Part shown: piece after piece, positions 58,799 through 64,000 of the stretch
How positions within the stretch are numbered: position 1 is the first letter of the stretch
How the letters are laid out: each line of letters opens with the position of its first letter
Source: Methylophilus sp.
GTDB lineage: Bacteria; Pseudomonadota; Gammaproteobacteria; Burkholderiales; Methylophilaceae
Direction of reading: 5' to 3'
Assembly (NCBI GenBank): GCA_035460345.1
Contig: DATHWT010000002.1
Span: forward strand, 577-64,576
DNA length: 64,000 nucleotides
The notes under the pieces: generated by a model
Database searches by the model: none
The model's input: the letters and a program-made list of their open reading frames with translations, nothing else
What the model was told of the DNA's origin: nothing
Program-made: the position numbers and the translations under genes

Positions 58799-59025
58799 CA
58801 GGATTTCTGAATCAGCTTCCAACACACTTCAGCATCGATGAAGTCGCCATACAAAATTCCTTATCCTCCCCCTTGCATTAACCAATAAAAATTTATAAAC
58901 TACTAACAGACAGACCTGTCTTCCTTCATTTGGATATGGATTGTTATTTAAGATTTCAAATCAGGGTTGATGGCTGCCACATGGGTGCAGTTAATTAAAA
59001 CAAAGATTTCAAGGGGTAATAAACA

Positions 59026-59439
59026 ATGAACGAAGATAAACATGCCGGTAATGTCATTTTACTGAGAACAGCGAGCATTACATTACTGACGGGCCTGGTA
59101 CTTGCATGGTGTCTGGTGATGACGCGGGGCATGAAAATTCCTTATATGCTCAATATATTCACCAGCACAGAGAACCTTCTATCCGGCCATCTGGACTATT
59201 TAATGATGACTATGCTGTTGCTAGGTTTTTACGCGTCAAAAATCAGATTGCCCAAGTTTGTCATTTGGCCAATGGCATTAGGTTCAGTCGGCAATCCAAC
59301 GGCTTTTTTGATTCTGGCCATTGACCCAAAAATCCATTCACTGCCTTATATTCTTTTCCTCTACACCACATTATCTTTAACGACTTTTGGTTTTGGGATG
59401 GCTGCCATCAAAGTGCTCAGATACTCCCTCAAAAATTGA
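59026..59439 (+). CDS. Four-TM membrane protein, possibly styrene-oxide-isomerase-like
   Basis: Four hydrophobic helices; LSGHLDYLMMTMLL (His in TM2) and a GNP motif. Confidence 0.5.
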   Translation: MNEDKHAGNVILLRTASITLLTGLVLAWCLVMTRGMKIPYMLNIFTSTENLLSGHLDYLMMTMLLLGFYASKIRLPKFVIWPMALGSVGNPTAFLILAIDPKIHSLPYILFLYTTLSLTTFGFGMAAIKVLRYSLKN

Positions 59440-59477
59440 GTCCAGATTGAAACAATAAAAGTTGCGGAATAATCACC

Positions 59478-60011
59478 ATGGGCATTGATCTTAAAAACTC
59501 GCATACACAATATGGTTTGATCGCCAGACTTTTGCATTGGACCAGTGTTGTGATGCTGTTAACCATCATCGTGGTGGCTAGCCAGTTTGCAGATCAAGCG
59601 CCCGGCCCTGAAAAACTGGAATTGATATCTCTGCACTCTTCAATCGGCATCATGTTACTCATGCTGATGATTACCAGATTGACATGGCGAAACCTGAATC
59701 CAAACCCTATTCACTCTTACAGCATCAAAAGCTGGCAAAAACTGCTGGCGATTTCTCTTCACAGATCCATCTACCTCATCATCATTGCGCAATGTGTTCT
59801 AGGGGTATTGATGTTACTAAGTGGCGGCGAGACATTTCGTTTTTTCGACTTATTTGAATTGCCGCCATTGCTTGAAAAGGCTTCTCCCATTCACGAAAAA
59901 ATACTAGGTTTTCACTATTTGATTTCGGTCATGATCTATCCCTTATTCGCAATCCACATTACAGCGGCCATCTATCATCAGATTTTTGGCTTAGTTGAAG
60001 ACCATGAATGA
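59478..60011 (+). CDS. Cytochrome b561
   Basis: YGLIARLLHW, LHSSIG...RLTWR, LHRSIY, FHY...HITAAIYHQ. Confidence 0.9.
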   Translation: MGIDLKNSHTQYGLIARLLHWTSVVMLLTIIVVASQFADQAPGPEKLELISLHSSIGIMLLMLMITRLTWRNLNPNPIHSYSIKSWQKLLAISLHRSIYLIIIAQCVLGVLMLLSGGETFRFFDLFELPPLLEKASPIHEKILGFHYLISVMIYPLFAIHITAAIYHQIFGLVEDHE

Positions 60012-60115
60012 ATAGCAAGATGCCTTTGCGCACCCGACAAGCTTCCCCTCCCAATGTAATGCAAGGAAGGTCGTAAAGTCGTCAGGTGCGTTCAGACGGT
60101 TGGGAATTTGGTAGC

Positions 60116-60616
60116 TTACTTAGCCTCTGAGATTTTCTTCAGGTTATCCAGGCCGCCTCTGTAAACACCGGAAATTGTCTTCAAGGCATCTTCATCTGAA
60201 GCACCCGCAGACTTGAATTTTCCGCGCCATGTCACTTTAGACTTGTCCGCTGTAATCGCTTTTACAGAGATAGTGGAATGGTAGTCACTCACCGGCAATA
60301 CGCCCTCTAATATGGTGTATGAGTATCTCTTCCTGGCTGCGCTGTAAAACTCCAACTTTTCCTTGATGGTGCCTCCGTCCTGCAATGTCAACACACGCAC
60401 TGCGTCTTTCTCATTGTTTTTGCCTTCGACGATTTCAGTTGATTTAACTGCCGGGTGCCATGCACCTAAATCTCCGTAATTGCTCACCTTCTCCCAAACA
60501 TCGCCTGCTTTTGCATTAATCTCAATCGACTCTTCAGCTTTCAAATGTTTGGCTGCCCATACATTGTTGGACAAAAACCCTGCAAATAGCAGCCCGGCTA
60601 AAAACAACTTGTTCAT
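60116..60616 (-). CDS. Periplasmic SRPBCC protein, MxaD-like
   Basis: Signal peptide; ESIEINA...VWEKV...WHPAV...RVLTLQDGG.IKEKL...LPVSDYHS...VTWRGKF...VYRGGLDNLKK. Confidence 0.8.
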   Translation of the reverse strand: MNKLFLAGLLFAGFLSNNVWAAKHLKAEESIEINAKAGDVWEKVSNYGDLGAWHPAVKSTEIVEGKNNEKDAVRVLTLQDGGTIKEKLEFYSAARKRYSYTILEGVLPVSDYHSTISVKAITADKSKVTWRGKFKSAGASDEDALKTISGVYRGGLDNLKKISEAK

Positions 60617-61221
60617 TTTTTTCTCCTGTTAATCATTAGAAAGTCAAAAGGCTCCGATTTCTCGAAGCCTTTTCAGCAAGATCAATATGCAGATTAATCG
60701 TATGCGGTAAGGGTACAGCGCCCCGATATAGATAGATAATAAAATATCTGTATTGGTCCTAGTGGCGTGTAGTCCTTGATAGCTACTATGCAGCATGGAC
60801 AACAATTTCGAATCAGGATTATCACTGCACAAATACGGGAAATTTTCCCGATTGTGTTTACAGGCAGACAATAGACTTTACGTGTTGCATCAAACTCATT
60901 GCTCGATGGTCGAAATGATAAAAAGTCCGTCATCTTTTTATAACAAGATGAAAAGAACCAATACGCTAACCCTGAATTTCGCATTTAAAAACTGGTGATG
61001 AGAGCCAGATCACTTGCATATAAGCTGCCATAAGCCTAGTATCAGTGAAGCCTGTATTTATTCATTCTGAATACTAGATAATATCGGTCAAAATTTAACG
61101 ACTCATAATAAAAACTGAAAGTTATCATGTTTACTAGCCTGTTTTACCTGCATGACAAGCCTCCCCATCTTAACCATAACAAACCGCTCAGTCAGTGGCA
61201 TCTTCCTTTGGCTGATCTGAA

Positions 61222-62988
61222 TTGAGCGCATCGGTACAAACGTTAAAGCTAAAGTATTCCGCTCTTGAAGCAGCAAACTCGGCATTAGTTACCGCCAATA
61301 AAGCACTTGCTTTTCAAAATGAAGAAAAAGAAAAACGGGCCGCAGAACTTGCAATCGCAAATGTTGAATTAGCTTATGAGAACTCAGAAAAAGAGAAACG
61401 TGCGGCCGAGTTAGTGATCGCTAATCACGAATTGGCATACCAGAATCAAGAGAAAGAAAACCGTGCGGCTGAACTGGTGATTGCAAACAAAGAATTAGCT
61501 TTTCAAAATAAAGAAAAAAGTAAAAGAGCCGCTGAACTGATTGTTGCCAATAAAGAACTGGCCTTTCAAAATAAAGAGAAGAGCAAGCGCGCTGCCGAGC
61601 TGATAGCAGCGAACAAACAGCTTGCGTTCCAAAATGATGAAAAGGAGAAACGTGCAAGTGAGATGAATGAGCTTGCATTTTATGATCCGCTTACAAAGCT
61701 ACCTAATAGAAAACTACTGGTAGATCGTCTTCAGCAAGCCTTATCCACCAGTCTCCGAACTGGCCAGGAGGGTGCAGTACTCTATCTGGACCTGGATAAT
61801 TTCAAGACACTGAATGACACCATAGGACATGATTCTGGCAACTTGCTTCTGCAGCAAGTAGCCGAGCGTATCGCGGCATGTTTACGTGCAGCGGACACAG
61901 TGGCCCGCATCGGCGGTGATGACTTTGTCATCATCCTGCAAGCGCTGAGTACGCGTAATCTTGAGGCAGCTGCCCAAGCCAGGGCTATCTCAAACAAAAT
62001 CCTCATTGAATTAAATAAGCCTTACCAGCTTGAGGAAAATCCATATGTCTGTACCTCAAGTGTGGGTGTCACGCTGTTTAACCGCAAGGAATCAATGGTT
62101 GAGGAGTTGTTGCAGCAGGCAAATATTGCGATGTATCAAGCCAAAAAAGAAGGCGGAGATATCATTCGCTTCTATGATCCGCACATGCAAGAAGTGATTA
62201 ATGCGAGAGCTTTACTCGAAGAGGAACTGAACGTAGCCATTAGGGAAGATCAATTCAAACTGTTTTATCAAGTGCAGGTGGATGCATCAGGTAGAGCGGT
62301 GGGGGCAGAAAGCTTGATTCGATGGGTACATCCTGAGCGCGGATTTATTTCACCCATCGAGTTTATTCCCCTGAGTGAAGAAACAGGCCTGATATTGCCC
62401 ATAGGCGATTGGGTCATCAACACCGCCTGTGCGCAATTACGTGATTGGCAACAACATCCTCACACACGCGAGTTGAGTTTATCCATCAATGTCAGTGCCA
62501 GACAATTTACGCAAGCCTACTTTGTAGACCAAGTGAAGCTTGCCTTGCAGCGCTTTAATGTAAACCCCACACTGCTTAAGCTTGAGCTTACAGAAAGCTT
62601 GTTGCTGCATGATGTTGACCAGGCCATTGATACCATGAATACATTATGCAAAGTAGGCGTGCGCTTCTCCCTGGATGATTTCGGCACCGGTTATTCATCC
62701 TTGCAATATCTTAAAAAACTGCCGCTGGAACAGATCAAAATTGACCAATCATTTGTGCGAGATATTGCTACTGATGAAATAGATAGATCGATTGTACGTA
62801 CCATTATTGCGATGGCAGTGACGATGGAATTAAATGTGATTGCTGAAGGTGTGGAAACAGAGGGACAACGGCAAATATTATTGAAGGAAGGCTGTTCAAA
62901 TTTTCAGGGATATTTTTTTGGCAAGGCAGTGCCAATTGAAAGTTTTGAAGAAGCATTAATCAAACAATTTAACTCAATCATTCAGTAA
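61222..62988 (+). CDS. GGDEF-EAL protein with an N-terminal 21-aa repeat coiled coil
   Basis: YDPLTKLPNR, DLDNFK, RIGGDDF; AESLIRW, LDDFGTGYSSL, AEGVET. The TTG start is uncertain. Confidence 0.9.
   Translation: MSASVQTLKLKYSALEAANSALVTANKALAFQNEEKEKRAAELAIANVELAYENSEKEKRAAELVIANHELAYQNQEKENRAAELVIANKELAFQNKEKSKRAAELIVANKELAFQNKEKSKRAAELIAANKQLAFQNDEKEKRASEMNELAFYDPLTKLPNRKLLVDRLQQALSTSLRTGQEGAVLYLDLDNFKTLNDTIGHDSGNLLLQQVAERIAACLRAADTVARIGGDDFVIILQALSTRNLEAAAQARAISNKILIELNKPYQLEENPYVCTSSVGVTLFNRKESMVEELLQQANIAMYQAKKEGGDIIRFYDPHMQEVINARALLEEELNVAIREDQFKLFYQVQVDASGRAVGAESLIRWVHPERGFISPIEFIPLSEETGLILPIGDWVINTACAQLRDWQQHPHTRELSLSINVSARQFTQAYFVDQVKLALQRFNVNPTLLKLELTESLLLHDVDQAIDTMNTLCKVGVRFSLDDFGTGYSSLQYLKKLPLEQIKIDQSFVRDIATDEIDRSIVRTIIAMAVTMELNVIAEGVETEGQRQILLKEGCSNFQGYFFGKAVPIESFEEALIKQFNSIIQ
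61306..61671 (+). repeat. 63-bp (21-aa) tandem repeat, about 6 units
   Basis: LA(F/Y)QNxEKxKRAAELxxANxE repeated; codons are diverged between units. Confidence 0.9.
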
Positions 62989-63060
62989 TGAAAAACTTTG
63001 TACTTCCGTGCATATATCCTTTTAATTTAATTTTTTATGAGTTTCATATCCCCTTAAAAC

Positions 63061-63094
63061 AAAAAAGACCCAAGGCGTTAACCTTGAGTCTCTC
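63061..63094 (-). terminator. Terminator downstream of the tRNA 3' end
   Basis: GACCCAAGG-CGTTAA-CCTTGAGTC hairpin with a T-run on the minus strand. Confidence 0.7.
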
Positions 63095-63100
63095 TATAAA

Positions 63101-63152
63101 TGGTGGCCCCTCTGTGAGTCGAACACAGCACCAACGGATTATGAGTCGGCTG
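63101..63152 (-). mobile_element. Truncated tRNA(CAT, Ile2/Met-type) 3' half, probable att site of an integrated element extending to the right
   Basis: Minus strand CAGCCGACTCATAATCCGTTGGTGCTGTGTTCGACTCACAGAGGGGCCACCA: anticodon loop CTCATAA, T-arm GTTCGA, CCA end, but no D-arm or 5' acceptor strand. Confidence 0.8.
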
Positions 63153-63400
63153 ATAACTATTTAAAGTATTGTTTAATATAAGAAACCAACATTAATCAAG
63201 CGTAACCAACATTACTTTAACATCAGTAACTTAGCGTAAATTATATTAATCCAAAAGAACTAATCAATGTACTGAATTTGCACCGAAAAGTACCACCTGA
63301 AGAAGCAGTAACGGATACATGTAAATGACTTAAAACATTAACGTTAGATATAAATGACGCGCTCATTTTGCTTTAGTTGCTGTCCCACACGAGCAGCTCG

Positions 63401-63859
63401 TTAGAATTCATTCTTATACTCATCAAATTCGATAACCAATACTTCACCCGCTATGCGAAATTCTCGAATAAGACCTTGCGCATCACGAATTTCAATTGGT
63501 TGTCCCCTCTTGCAAGTGCAAACATCCTTAATAATCTCGGCAATCGTATTGTTTCCGGTTTTCAGCATCTCAATCATATCCTTTTGCGACCAGACTGAAT
63601 CTGGCTTGGCGCGGCTATTCTTGAATTTCACAGCATCCTCATGCCATATGCATGAGGACACGTCTGACTGCATATACGCTGGCTGTTTTCCAAACGGGTA
63701 TTCACAATAAACCATTTCAAATATTGCAAACAGGGAATAATATGATGACTGCCTATCTAATTGATCTGAAAAATGTGACAGCCCTGTGGATGTTTGAGAA
63801 TAATCCCAGCGATAATGAGGGTCGCTAATCCTTGGCCATTTTGCTTCGAACATAATCAC
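63401..63859 (-). CDS. Hypothetical protein (first cargo gene of the integrated element)
   Basis: 152-aa ORF in AT-rich DNA beyond the att site; no recognisable motif. Confidence 0.55.
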   Translation of the reverse strand: MIMFEAKWPRISDPHYRWDYSQTSTGLSHFSDQLDRQSSYYSLFAIFEMVYCEYPFGKQPAYMQSDVSSCIWHEDAVKFKNSRAKPDSVWSQKDMIEMLKTGNNTIAEIIKDVCTCKRGQPIEIRDAQGLIREFRIAGEVLVIEFDEYKNEF

Positions 63860-64000
63860 TTTAGAGTAGCCATTAGACTGGATAATAATGGTGGCGTCGC
63901 AACCAACGGCCTCTTCTATCTTTTTAGGCAGCGTGAAGGATTTTGCTTTAATCCCTGTTCGGCTATAACTGTTAATGTTCCGCCTTAATGCGCCAGTGAA

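Noticed and set aside
61306-61671. CRISPR-like 63-bp periodicity
   Set aside because: Conservation is at the amino-acid level with synonymous variation inside a CDS, so it is a protein repeat.
63101-63175. Intact tRNA gene
   Set aside because: Only the anticodon loop, T-arm and 3' acceptor strand are present; the upstream sequence cannot form a D-arm or pair with GGGGCCA. Treated as an att remnant.

Overview
A 64-kb bacterial window, probably from a methylotrophic betaproteobacterium (Methylophilaceae-like; inferred only from gene content such as an MxaD-like protein). The left ~37 kb is a general-stress / stationary-phase-type gene region: Ku-LigD (NHEJ), two CBS proteins, a Zn-dependent dehydrogenase, DUF4142, four DUF3309 paralogues, unannotated micropeptides, small disordered proteins, an extra Pal, an ETHE1-like hydrolase and a FecIRA-type iron system. 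It also holds a complete rsbRST stressosome wired to hybrid histidine kinases, and a TIR-SLOG-TIR (Thoeris-related) operon with no recognisable effector. Reading the intergenic DNA by hand reveals one promoter architecture (gene-sense TCYKAC-N7-TCAGC-N33-[-10 hexamer]) repeated 14 times in front of these genes, including the TIR-SLOG operon; this looks like an undescribed regulon. The right part carries a diguanylate cyclase, a full Tad/Flp pilus locus (with an unlisted flp pilin) and a 2854-aa cyclic beta-1,2-glucan synthase. It ends in a small islet bounded by two copies of a tRNA(CAT) 3'-end plus terminator, then the edge of a further integrated element. All family assignments come from recognising motifs by eye, not from database searches.
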